DNA from: a virus
IMG/VR virus record: IMGVR_UViG_3300034121_001395
Direction: 5' to 3' (one strand)
DNA length: 64,000 nt
In this document: positions 39,284 through 47,653 of the stretch, piece by piece
Position numbering within the stretch: the stretch's first letter is position 1
How the letters are laid out: each line of letters starts with the position of its first letter
Program-made: the position numbers and the translations under genes
Notes under the pieces: model-generated
What the model saw: the letters and a program-made list of their open reading frames with translations, nothing else
What the model was told of the DNA's origin: nothing
Database searches by the model: none

Positions 39284-39386
39284 TTCGTATCATGCGCGAA
39301 TCCAAATATGTCATGACGCAGCTAGGTGTGGTTCCTAGATAGCCCCAGCCCTGGGTGAGTGTAGCAGCAATCTGTTATGGGCAAAT

Positions 39387-39579
39387 ATTTAACGGGTATG
39401 TCGGCTTAGAAGTAGCCATCATATAAGAAGTGGAACTAAACGTGAAGAAGAGGTAATTCGTATGGATACAATTCAATCAAGCCATACACCCTTGCAAAAG
39501 GTACTGCGATACTCGTGAATTGCGTTTCATAGGACGAGCAATCGTAACTCCTTTGGTGTAACAACAACACCCGTTAAAT
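39387..39579 (+). ncRNA. RNA mimicking 23S rRNA H43-H44 (L11-binding GTPase-associated centre)
   Basis: ATGTCGGCTTAGAAGTAGCCATCAT and GTGTAACAAC inside an 11-bp closing helix. Confidence 0.75.
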
Positions 39580-39698
39580 TCATTTTCTATCGTGCGTTTT
39601 GATCGCCCGAAGTATTCAGAGAAAACAGACAGGAAAATGAGTGTAGCAGCAATCTGTCATGGGCAAATTTTCACAAAAATAAGTCCTGGAGGTCAGTT

Positions 39699-39798
39699 TT
39701 TCTCTATACGGGGCTTAACTTCGGGACCTTTTTTCACTTTTTTGAAAAAAGTTGTGTACTTTCTGTGGGTTTTATGCTATAATAACCATGTAAGCAAC
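39699..39798 (+). promoter_or_regulatory. early promoter cassette, copy 3
   Basis: near-identical to copies 2 and 4. Confidence 0.85.
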
Positions 39799-39810
39799 AC
39801 CAACCACAAT

Positions 39811-40023
39811 ATGAAAAACAAATCTTCAATATTTCTCTTATTAGGACGCGTAGACTATGAAGGCGACGACGTATTAGGAGCCTATAGCTCACTTAAAAAA
39901 GCAAATTGCGCACTAGATGCTTATAAGGCTAAGGTTGATGCTGATCGTGTCAACAATCATTATGAAAATACTGCGTATGATGATTATGTTATAAATGAAT
40001 GTGAGGTCAATGCTGAAGTCTGA
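39811..40023 (+). CDS. small early hypothetical protein
   Basis: DYEGDDVLGAYSSLKKA. Confidence 0.6.
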   Translation: MKNKSSIFLLLGRVDYEGDDVLGAYSSLKKANCALDAYKAKVDADRVNNHYENTAYDDYVINECEVNAEV

Positions 40024-40047
40024 TCTTTTGAGAAACTCCAATACAAT

Positions 40048-40236
40048 ATGAAACAGGACATCGATCAAAAGTTTACTGTCACTTGGAATTCTCCAACGCA
40101 AGCAAAGCGCAAGACAGTTATGTTCCGTAAGCAGAAAGACGCAGAGGAATTCTACGAAGAGAAGAAGGTCGCAAAGAGATCCCCTGCTCTATACATTACT
40201 GAAAAGATTACCTCTACGCGTCGGCTCAAAGCTTAA
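40048..40236 (+). CDS. hypothetical protein
   Basis: packed ORF. Confidence 0.55.
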   Translation: MKQDIDQKFTVTWNSPTQAKRKTVMFRKQKDAEEFYEEKKVAKRSPALYITEKITSTRRLKA

Positions 40237-40276
40237 CACATTAGTTGAGCACTAATAAACTCCACCACATCTTTAT

Positions 40277-40552
40277 ATGACTATCACTGAATCAATTGGC
40301 AAGAAAGTAAGGCATGGCTCTCACGGCTATCAAAATGAGGAGACAATCAAGCAAATCTCCTTTTTAAAAGACTCGGTAGAGATTGAGTTTGAATCGGGTG
40401 TCTTTTCGACCATGTCACCGGGTGAGTTTGGACACTTTATGCGATATGAAGAACTCTCTTATAAAGAGAAGCATCATGAAGGTTCAAGTTATATTTTCAG
40501 TTATATTTTCTTTTGTGACACTGAAAACCAATGGTATTCACTCATCGACTAA
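40277..40552 (+). CDS. hypothetical protein
   Basis: packed ORF. Confidence 0.55.
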   Translation: MTITESIGKKVRHGSHGYQNEETIKQISFLKDSVEIEFESGVFSTMSPGEFGHFMRYEELSYKEKHHEGSSYIFSYIFFCDTENQWYSLID

Positions 40553-40575
40553 AGCAACATCAACACTAAGACCGC

Positions 40576-40782
40576 ATGAAAACAAAACAATATTCGATTG
40601 TATTTCACACAGCTGAATGCTATATAGAAGCAATGACGTTAAGCGACATTCACACCTATAACGATGCCGATGCTGCAGAGATTGAGCTTTTCTGGAACAG
40701 CAAACATAAACGTGACAACGCGGTTCGTCTTCTTAAGCAACATGACATCGTTGTCGACACATATGACGGCGTACCAATATGA
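40576..40782 (+). CDS. hypothetical protein
   Basis: packed ORF. Confidence 0.55.
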   Translation: MKTKQYSIVFHTAECYIEAMTLSDIHTYNDADAAEIELFWNSKHKRDNAVRLLKQHDIVVDTYDGVPI

Positions 40783-40790
40783 AAACACTC

Positions 40791-40865
40791 GGGCATATGA
40801 TGTAATGGATAGCATCAGGGTCTTCTAAATCCTTCGCCTAGGTTCGAATCCTAGTATGCCCGCCA
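40791..40865 (+). tRNA. tRNA-Arg(TCT)
   Basis: cloverleaf with CCA. Confidence 0.92.
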
Positions 40866-40968
40866 AACTAATAAATAAAATTTCGGTACTGTGGTGGTAT
40901 CGCTTACAGGAGCATGAGGTCCCTAAAGTCGAACAAACATCTCGTCGACAACCTCTAAATTTTATAAT

Positions 40969-41053
40969 GGCTGTGTGATGAAATCGGTAAACATTGCGAA
41001 CTTAAAATTCGTTGCCTTATGGCTTGTCGGTTCGAGTCCGACCACAGCTACCA
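40969..41053 (+). tRNA. tRNA-Leu(TAA)
   Basis: cloverleaf, variable arm, CCA. Confidence 0.92.
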
Positions 41054-41065
41054 CCTTAAAAAATT

Positions 41066-41290
41066 ATGAATGAAGAACGCATAAAAACCTTGATTGAGGC
41101 AGAAGTAGAAGCGCTGCTCTCTGAAATAACTGAACTCAGAGAGAGAATAAGTAAACTTGAGCATGAATCATTTCATCTCAAAACTCAGAACATGAATAAT
41201 GCTGCTAAGCATGAGTATATCGGTCGTTGGAATCATAAAAAGATTGAAGATAAAACCAAGGTGACTTGCAACATAAGTAAACTAATTTAG
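41066..41290 (+). CDS. coiled-coil hypothetical protein
   Basis: 74-aa ORF. Confidence 0.55.
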   Translation: MNEERIKTLIEAEVEALLSEITELRERISKLEHESFHLKTQNMNNAAKHEYIGRWNHKKIEDKTKVTCNISKLI

Positions 41291-41338
41291 AATGATCTAG
41301 GACCTGAGCATGTCTTGAAAAGGTTTAACATAATAAAA

Positions 41339-41621
41339 GGGCTTGTAGCTCAGCGGTAAGAGCAGTCGACTCGATAGGGTCTTCTTATTAGAAATAGTAA
41401 GTTAGCAGAACTTAAATTCAGGGAACGCTTAACGGGTAATGCCGATGCCAATCCTGAGCGAAACCTCGAAAGAGGGACGTGCAGAGACTATAATAGTTCA
41501 ATCTTAACAGGTTATGCTGAAGATTAAGGGATAGTCCAGACCACAAACTGAAAAGGTAGTGAAAACTATAGTGGTAAGCATAATCGATTGGTCGCAGGTT
41601 CGAATCCTGCCGGGCCCACCA
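41339..41621 (+). tRNA. tRNA-Ile2(CAT) split by a group I intron
   Basis: exons 41339-41371 and 41579-41621 join to GTCGA-CTCATAA-TCGAT anticodon arm. Confidence 0.88.
41372..41578 (+). mobile_element. group I self-splicing intron (IC3-like, 207 nt, no ORF)
   Basis: P AAATTCAGGGAA, Q AATCCTGAGC, R GTGCAGAGACT, S GATAGTCC; P1 with U.G at splice site; terminal G. Confidence 0.9.
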
Positions 41622-41638
41622 TTATAAATAAATTTTTT

Positions 41639-41728
41639 GGGTGAATGGCAGAGCGGTTTATTGCACTTGTCTTGAAAACAAGAGTGGCTGAAAGGTCACC
41701 GTGGGTTCAAATCCTACTTCACCCGCCA
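41639..41728 (+). tRNA. tRNA-Ser(TGA)
   Basis: cloverleaf, long variable arm, G73. Confidence 0.92.
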
Positions 41729-41822
41729 TTTTTGGAACGTTGGCTGAGTGGCTGAAAGGTCACCGTGGGTTCAAATCCTACTTCACCCGCCATTTTTGGA
41801 ACGTTGGCTGAGTGGCTGAAAG
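41682..41822 (+). repeat. exact 64-bp tandem duplication between the two Ser tRNAs
   Basis: units start 41682 and 41746; bounded by GAGTGGCTGAAAG. Confidence 0.9.
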
Positions 41823-41887
41823 CACTCCCTTGCTAAGGGAACGTAGGGGTGACTCTACCGTAGGTTCAAATCCTACACGTTCCGCCG
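41798..41887 (+). tRNA. tRNA-Ser(GCT)
   Basis: cloverleaf; ends GCCG rather than GCCA. Confidence 0.88.
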
Positions 41888-41907
41888 ACACATATAGATA
41901 CTTTTAT

Positions 41908-41982
41908 GGGGAGTTAGCTCAGCGATAGAGCATCTCGTTTACACCGAGTCGGCCGGGGGTTTGAATCCCTCACTCCCCACCA
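41908..41982 (+). tRNA. tRNA-Val(TAC)
   Basis: cloverleaf with CCA. Confidence 0.88.
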
Positions 41983-42015
41983 CTTCTCCCCCTGAAAAAC
42001 AAAATGAACTATAAT

Positions 42016-42744
42016 ATGAAAAAACAAACACAAATCGTTAAAATTGGTATGATTGCAGCACTTGCTGCTCTTAACTATGCATACGCTGGTACAATCGAAG
42101 ACGCTCCTTCAGCATTCACGCCGGTGATGCTTGAAACTGGCTACTCTTCTGATAAGGTCTGGCGTGGTGCTGATCTAGGCGCAAATGAAGCAAATGCAAT
42201 CGTCACAACGACAACTGAACTTCCTGCGGACGTTTCGTTGGCTTTGAGCGCTGACTATGCAAACGCTGAAACAACTGGGAAGGACGAAGCTACTGAGCTG
42301 TCTGCAATCTTCTCTAAGAGTATTGCTGACTATCTCGTATCTTTGAGCTATACCTGGTATTCGCAGGACTATGCAGGCCAGGAAGGACAAGCGCAAGAAG
42401 CTGGCTTGACTGTATCACGTGCAGTTGGTCCAATCGATCTTTCGCTTACTCAGTATATGAGTATTGTAGGTGATAACAATGCTTACAGCGAACTTGCTGC
42501 AACATACAGTGATGACTTTGGATCTTCATTGATGCTTGACTTTCGTGCTGAGCTTGGTTATCTCGCTCAAGAAGGACAGTGCACTCATTTTGAGACCACT
42601 ATGTCGACTGACATTCCAGTTGTGCAAGGTGTGACCGCTGTCCCGTTTGTTTCGTACTCACTCGGTCTTGATGACTCGGTTGGCGTGCATTCAGACATGA
42701 AGAATCTTTTCTTCGGTGGAATTGAGTTTAAGAAGTCGTTCTAA
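42016..42744 (+). CDS. outer-membrane beta-barrel / putative porin (Gcw_chp/TorF-like)
   Basis: signal peptide AYA, SSDKVWRG, amphipathic strands, C-terminal Phe. Confidence 0.7.
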   Translation: MKKQTQIVKIGMIAALAALNYAYAGTIEDAPSAFTPVMLETGYSSDKVWRGADLGANEANAIVTTTTELPADVSLALSADYANAETTGKDEATELSAIFSKSIADYLVSLSYTWYSQDYAGQEGQAQEAGLTVSRAVGPIDLSLTQYMSIVGDNNAYSELAATYSDDFGSSLMLDFRAELGYLAQEGQCTHFETTMSTDIPVVQGVTAVPFVSYSLGLDDSVGVHSDMKNLFFGGIEFKKSF

Positions 42745-42763
42745 TAGATAATAGAATAAAAAC

Positions 42764-42800
42764 AAAAACGGAGCCTTCTCTATGTTGGCTCCGTTTTTTT
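42764..42800 (+). terminator. intrinsic terminator
   Basis: ACGGAGCC/GGCTCCGT plus T run. Confidence 0.8.
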
Positions 42801-42806
42801 ATTATA

Positions 42807-42890
42807 GGGCAAGTGGTGTAATGGTAGCCACGCTAGATTTAGGATCTAGTGCAGTGATGCGTGAGGGTTCGAGTCCCTCCTTGCCCACCA
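42807..42890 (+). tRNA. tRNA-Leu(TAG)
   Basis: cloverleaf with CCA. Confidence 0.92.
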
Positions 42891-42893
42891 ACA

Positions 42894-43352
42894 TTAATAG
42901 TTGGTCTTGCCAAAGCTATAAAGCATTGGATTGTCACTTGATCCAGTACCGGTTGTAGTGACTTCTTTTTTCGCTGGAGTAAATGCATAGATCTCCCGTT
43001 GAGCACGATCTGCATCAATCCATACTTCTTTATAGTTGCTGTCGCGAATGAGCAGCATTGGTGCACCATGAATATGAGCATAGCCAACACACTCTCCACG
43101 AATGCTGTCAGAACCAGAGTGAACTTCAAGATATTTACCAAAGAGTGGAAACTTGTCTACCTGTCTGTTGATTGTATCGACAGCTGAGCCAAGATCATCT
43201 TTACTTACAAGATCCTTTCCGATATAGATGCCTTTACCTTTAGCACGATAGCTTGGAAATGTTACAATGCCTTCGCTTAATTGTTCTTGAGACATAATCT
43301 GTGCAGCAGCAGAAACCAATGAGTCGTTTTTATAAGAAGTAAAATTAGTCAT
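42894..43352 (-). CDS. late protein with shared N-terminal leader
   Basis: MTNFTSYKNDSLVSAAAQIM; minus-strand TATAAATA at 43358-43365. Confidence 0.7.
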   Translation of the reverse strand: MTNFTSYKNDSLVSAAAQIMSQEQLSEGIVTFPSYRAKGKGIYIGKDLVSKDDLGSAVDTINRQVDKFPLFGKYLEVHSGSDSIRGECVGYAHIHGAPMLLIRDSNYKEVWIDADRAQREIYAFTPAKKEVTTTGTGSSDNPMLYSFGKTNY

Positions 43353-43357
43353 ACTCT

Positions 43358-43395
43358 TATTTATACAATTTTCGAATTATGAAAATGTATAAATA
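43358..43395. promoter_or_regulatory. divergent pair of T4-type late promoters
   Basis: TATTTATA 43358-43365 and TATAAATA 43388-43395. Confidence 0.75.
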
Positions 43396-43428
43396 GTCTT
43401 ATATGCAACCCTTTGACAACTATCAATT

Positions 43429-44217
43429 ATGAAATTATTTAATTATAATGAAGATCCATTATATGATATTGCTGCATCAATTCTTGCTGGCAAAAATATT
43501 TCAGAAGAAACTTTATCAGAAGCATCAGCTAATGACACGCTTGACGGCTTTGGCAGTGCTCCAGAAATTATTGCTGCACTATTAAAACTGCCTGGCGTAA
43601 AAGATCATCTTCGTAAAATCAAAGCTAAACCATATTTTGATGATACTGATTTTGTAGTTGCTAGCAAAACCGCAATTCGAGATGCTATATTCAATCCAAA
43701 GATCAAATTAGCTGATTTAGTACGAGCAGTAATGGCTGAAAAGGGTGACTTTGCTAAACCTGAAAAGGAAGCTATGCCTAATAGAGTAATTGCTGCTGTA
43801 GACAGTGAAGCTGCAGCTAACAAACTTTTAGATTTGATAAAGACAAATAATGCTAAAGCTTCTTCTAAAGACATGAAGGTAAAAGTACAAAAATTTGCTC
43901 GTAAAGGCGGATTTAAATTGTATATTACTGGAAATAGTGTAGCAGCAATTGGGCCATATAAGAAGCTTGCTGAAGAGTCTGATTTATATGAAGACATCAC
44001 ACTCCAAGAATATTATACTGCTAAGTTTCCACTTGCTAAAAAAGCAATTGAAGCAGTAGGCAATCTGGATGAAGACGAAATGGAAGATTTCTTGTTTGCG
44101 CTTGATAGCTTTTTCGAAGAAGGCGAAATGTCTGACTATAAAGAATCAAGCAACATCTCTGCATTAATCTATAAGGCAGCACAAATTTGGAAAAATAGAA
44201 ACGAAAGATATGCATAA
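43429..44217 (+). CDS. late protein with shared leader (putative internal head protein)
   Basis: MKLFNYNEDPLYDIAASIL...ISEETLSEA. Confidence 0.7.
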   Translation: MKLFNYNEDPLYDIAASILAGKNISEETLSEASANDTLDGFGSAPEIIAALLKLPGVKDHLRKIKAKPYFDDTDFVVASKTAIRDAIFNPKIKLADLVRAVMAEKGDFAKPEKEAMPNRVIAAVDSEAAANKLLDLIKTNNAKASSKDMKVKVQKFARKGGFKLYITGNSVAAIGPYKKLAEESDLYEDITLQEYYTAKFPLAKKAIEAVGNLDEDEMEDFLFALDSFFEEGEMSDYKESSNISALIYKAAQIWKNRNERYA

Positions 44218-44731
44218 AGACACACTTGTAGAAGCAGCAACACTCATACTGCAGGGCAAGACTCCGGACGAGTCTCTTCAAGAAGCACAAAGCACAATTG
44301 TAAAACGCCTATTAGCAGAAATTGATAATTTAAATAGAAGTCAGATGCAAGAATTTTTACTTGCATTTGCCGATCACATGGATGAGATGACAAAATATGC
44401 ATCATCACGTGATCAAAAAGGCAATCCAAGAGAAGTCATTAAAAAAATAAGTGATCATCTATATGACGCAGCAAGAGCAGCAAGTGGATTAAAGACTGGA
44501 GAAAAGTATGGTTATTTTGAAGCTGCTGAGCAAGACGCAGGCGAGTATGACGCTGAAGGCAGCATGGCAAAGACCGCACTCCGCACAATCATTCGCAACG
44601 CAAAAGGATTGCATGACATGCTAAGCGACGACGAAAATTTACCAGAGCACGTTCAAGCAAATCTCGTAAAGGCAGAAGAGTATGTTGTCAGTGCTCGTGA
44701 CTATATTGAGAGCACAAAGGAAGCAGAATAA
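44210..44731 (+). CDS. late protein with shared leader
   Basis: MHKDTLVEAATLIL...SLQEA; EYDAEGSMAK domain. Confidence 0.7.
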   Translation: MHKDTLVEAATLILQGKTPDESLQEAQSTIVKRLLAEIDNLNRSQMQEFLLAFADHMDEMTKYASSRDQKGNPREVIKKISDHLYDAARAASGLKTGEKYGYFEAAEQDAGEYDAEGSMAKTALRTIIRNAKGLHDMLSDDENLPEHVQANLVKAEEYVVSARDYIESTKEAE

Positions 44732-44740
44732 ATAAGACAT

Positions 44741-45184
44741 ATGAATAATTTTCATTACAACCAAGACCCGTTGTATGCCGCTGCAGCAAAGATACTCGGC
44801 AGAGAATCATTAACAGAAGATGCATCGCATGCGTCTGCCCTTAAAGAACTTAAAGCTTCTAAGGGCGCTGCAATGTTAAAGTCAAAAAATAATCGGATCT
44901 TTGGTAAAAATGGTGGATTCTCTGCAGCTCAAGAAGACGCTGACACAATTGCTATTATGATTTTCAAGCAGTCGAACAAAGGATGGATTACCAAGACTAC
45001 ATTCTATACAATTGAAAAAGAAGATGGTGAAAGTTATTTTAATGTCTACAGTCAAGACGTGACACACATCGCAAATCCAAAGACGTCTGCTGAAAAGGTC
45101 TATGAGATTGCAAAGGAACACAGCGACAACAAATACTATTTTAAAACCTTCGATCAAAAATTAGAAATTGACGAACTAAACTAA
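44741..45184 (+). CDS. late protein with shared leader
   Basis: MNNFHYNQDPLYAAAAKIL...SLTED. Confidence 0.7.
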   Translation: MNNFHYNQDPLYAAAAKILGRESLTEDASHASALKELKASKGAAMLKSKNNRIFGKNGGFSAAQEDADTIAIMIFKQSNKGWITKTTFYTIEKEDGESYFNVYSQDVTHIANPKTSAEKVYEIAKEHSDNKYYFKTFDQKLEIDELN

Positions 45185-45202
45185 ATATAAATATATTAAC
45201 AC

Positions 45203-47299
45203 ATGAATAACTTCCACTATCACCAAGACCCGATGTATGCTGCAGCTGCAGCAATTCTAACTGGCAAAACTCAACTGCAAGAGTCTGATACTCTTGACGA
45301 AGCAATTGATTGGAACCTTATCCAATCAATGTATGTAAAAGACATTATTGATATTGTAGCAGCATTAGTAATTGGAGGAGGAATTGGTGTAGCTGCTATA
45401 TTTGGTGGCGCAATAAAAAGATATCTTTCAGATAAAGCAGACGAAAGAGACGCAAAGGAGTCTGCACAATTCTTAAAGAGCACACTCGATAAAATCTTAA
45501 AGGACAGCAAATCAAAAGAGCTTATTTCACAAATTAAATCTTTTCCTTATTCATCAAAATCTACAGAAGAAGCTAAAAAGAATAATGAAGAGCGTAAAAA
45601 GCTAGTTAGAGCTTATAGTGCACGTCTCAAAACATTATTAAGCGATGATGAGTATGCATTGATAAATGACATCTATAACAATACCATTCGTGAAAGCGCT
45701 GATACTCTCGAAGAAGGCGTAGAAGACGTCAAGACAATCATTGACACTCTAAAGGTTGGCGACACTACAAACTTTGGCAAGGTGTTAGAGATTGGTCCTA
45801 ACAGCATTACATTCAAGGCAAAAGATCTTCCAAAGACAACAATCGCGTTTAACCAACGCAAGATGGGCAGCTCAGAATTTTTACTTCTTAAAACAATCAA
45901 ACTAAAGGAAGAGACTGAACTTGAAGAAGAGGACGTTGCTGAAGCATACAAGCCATTACGCAAGCCAGCCGACCTCATCGACGAATTACAAAGCATAGTC
46001 GACGCCCCAGATTCAAAACTTTGGGACGTCACTAGCGTGTCTATTCGTTTAAGTCATGAAGATATTTTTGATCGTTTTCCAAAGATTTATGACTATGTTG
46101 AAGACATGTGGTTTGAAATTATGCAACCAAATGGCGCTAAAAAGACAAAAGAAATTGCTAAAAAAGCAATTGAAGCAGTGCGCAAATATTATCCAGACCT
46201 CAACAAATCTCAGAAAAGCAATCCAGTCTATAAAGAAGAAGAGAGCACTGAAGAAGAAACCCTTGATGAAGCAATCAACTGGCTTGGTGACTATCTCACA
46301 ACTTCTGAAAAGAGTCAGTTTGGCGGATATCGTCCGACTATACTTGATAAGAAAACTAAAAGGGTTATATACCAAAGTGCAGTCAGATACAATGTGCCTC
46401 AAGAGGCAAAGGATCACGCTGAAGAATATCTCAAGCAAAAGGCAAAGGGCATCAAAGAGCCAAAACTTCCTCATGTCGGTACATACAAAGAAGAGTCTGA
46501 TTGCTCTGATGAAAAGATGAATGAAGCCACTCCAGCAGATGCCGCACTCAAGCGCCGCAAACAGATTGATATGGCCCGAGTAAATGCTGGCGTTATGAGT
46601 CGTGATGACTACAACAAAAAGTATAAACTTGGTAAATATCGTCCAGCTGGCAGCAAATTGTCTGGTCCAGGTGGTCTCTATAAAAACCTTGTTAAGGAGG
46701 AAGAGACCCTCGAAGAAGCTGTTCCAACACCAGCAATACAAAAGCTTATTGCCAAGATTGATGAAATGAGCCCTAAAGACTATCTACTTTTCTTACAAGC
46801 ACTCGCAGACAATGCACAAGGCATCTCTAATATGAGCCGTCCAGTAAATGCTCTTGGAATGCCAGATAAAAATACAAGTGGTGCATCAAATGCAAAGGCG
46901 TGGGCAGCAGTAGCTGATCATATTTCTGCAGCAGCTGATGCCTATGCAAAGCGTCCAGTTCGTATGGAAGACACCGAAGTGCAAGGTGAGACACTCGAAG
47001 AAGCTGCTAACATCAAACCAGTGCAAGGAAAATATATCTTCTTTATTCAAGACCGCGAACTCTATCAACTCGACCCATATAAACTGCTTGCAAAGACTGA
47101 TTTTGATCGAATCTCTAGCAGCAAACTTATGTCACACATGAAATTAGGCAGCGAGTGGAAAGCAGTATCAGTTGCATGGGGAACAGATCTTCTTGAGATT
47201 GGTGCACTCGAATCTCCAAAAGATATATCTGATGCAGAGCAATGGTATGTCGTGCCCCATCTATACGACAAAGTCACACATCTTGCATTGATACACTAA
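45203..47299 (+). CDS. 698-aa putative polyprotein with shared leader
   Basis: MNNFHYHQDPMYAAAAAIL; repeated TLDEA/TLEEA linkers; TATAAATA 45186-45193. Confidence 0.75.
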   Translation: MNNFHYHQDPMYAAAAAILTGKTQLQESDTLDEAIDWNLIQSMYVKDIIDIVAALVIGGGIGVAAIFGGAIKRYLSDKADERDAKESAQFLKSTLDKILKDSKSKELISQIKSFPYSSKSTEEAKKNNEERKKLVRAYSARLKTLLSDDEYALINDIYNNTIRESADTLEEGVEDVKTIIDTLKVGDTTNFGKVLEIGPNSITFKAKDLPKTTIAFNQRKMGSSEFLLLKTIKLKEETELEEEDVAEAYKPLRKPADLIDELQSIVDAPDSKLWDVTSVSIRLSHEDIFDRFPKIYDYVEDMWFEIMQPNGAKKTKEIAKKAIEAVRKYYPDLNKSQKSNPVYKEEESTEEETLDEAINWLGDYLTTSEKSQFGGYRPTILDKKTKRVIYQSAVRYNVPQEAKDHAEEYLKQKAKGIKEPKLPHVGTYKEESDCSDEKMNEATPADAALKRRKQIDMARVNAGVMSRDDYNKKYKLGKYRPAGSKLSGPGGLYKNLVKEEETLEEAVPTPAIQKLIAKIDEMSPKDYLLFLQALADNAQGISNMSRPVNALGMPDKNTSGASNAKAWAAVADHISAAADAYAKRPVRMEDTEVQGETLEEAANIKPVQGKYIFFIQDRELYQLDPYKLLAKTDFDRISSSKLMSHMKLGSEWKAVSVAWGTDLLEIGALESPKDISDAEQWYVVPHLYDKVTHLALIH

Positions 47300-47320
47300 T
47301 ACTAATTAAAAAATAATATA

Positions 47321-47357
47321 GAAAAAGCCACTCGGGTCACTCTGAGTGGCTTTTCTC
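47321..47357 (+). terminator. intrinsic terminator
   Basis: AAAAGCCACTC/GAGTGGCTTTT. Confidence 0.8.
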
Positions 47358-47399
47358 GTATATATAACTCTATAGAGGACGCGGTTGTCTTCTATACTT

Positions 47400-47430
47400 A
47401 ACACACACAAACACACACAAACACACACAA
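47400..47430 (+). repeat. 3 x 10-bp tandem repeat ACACACACAA
   Basis: seen directly before ATG 47435. Confidence 0.8.
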
Positions 47431-47434
47431 TAAA

Positions 47435-47653
47435 ATGAATAAAAACGCATACGAAATACGACTAGAGGTATTACAACTCGCTCATGGCGATATTATGACG
47501 CAATATCATGAGGCATTAAATTGTCAAAAAGAGACGATTTATCAGGACGGACAGGAAACATCAGACTTGTCTACTGTAGATGTCACACTACCAGCTGTAT
47601 CTAAGGTTATCGAAAGAGCAGAAGAACTCTATGCATTTGTGCACGGAGCATAA
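47435..47653 (+). CDS. conserved T4-like small protein
   Basis: KNAYEIRLEVLQLA...AEELYAFV. Confidence 0.75.
   Translation: MNKNAYEIRLEVLQLAHGDIMTQYHEALNCQKETIYQDGQETSDLSTVDVTLPAVSKVIERAEELYAFVHGA

Noticed and set aside
39387-39579. True rRNA gene or host rRNA contamination
   Set aside because: Similarity is limited to H43 and H44, interrupted by a 130-nt insert and closed by a non-rRNA helix.
39600-39668. SRP RNA domain IV (CAGG...AGCAGC)
   Set aside because: No stem with GNRA tetraloop between the two half-motifs.
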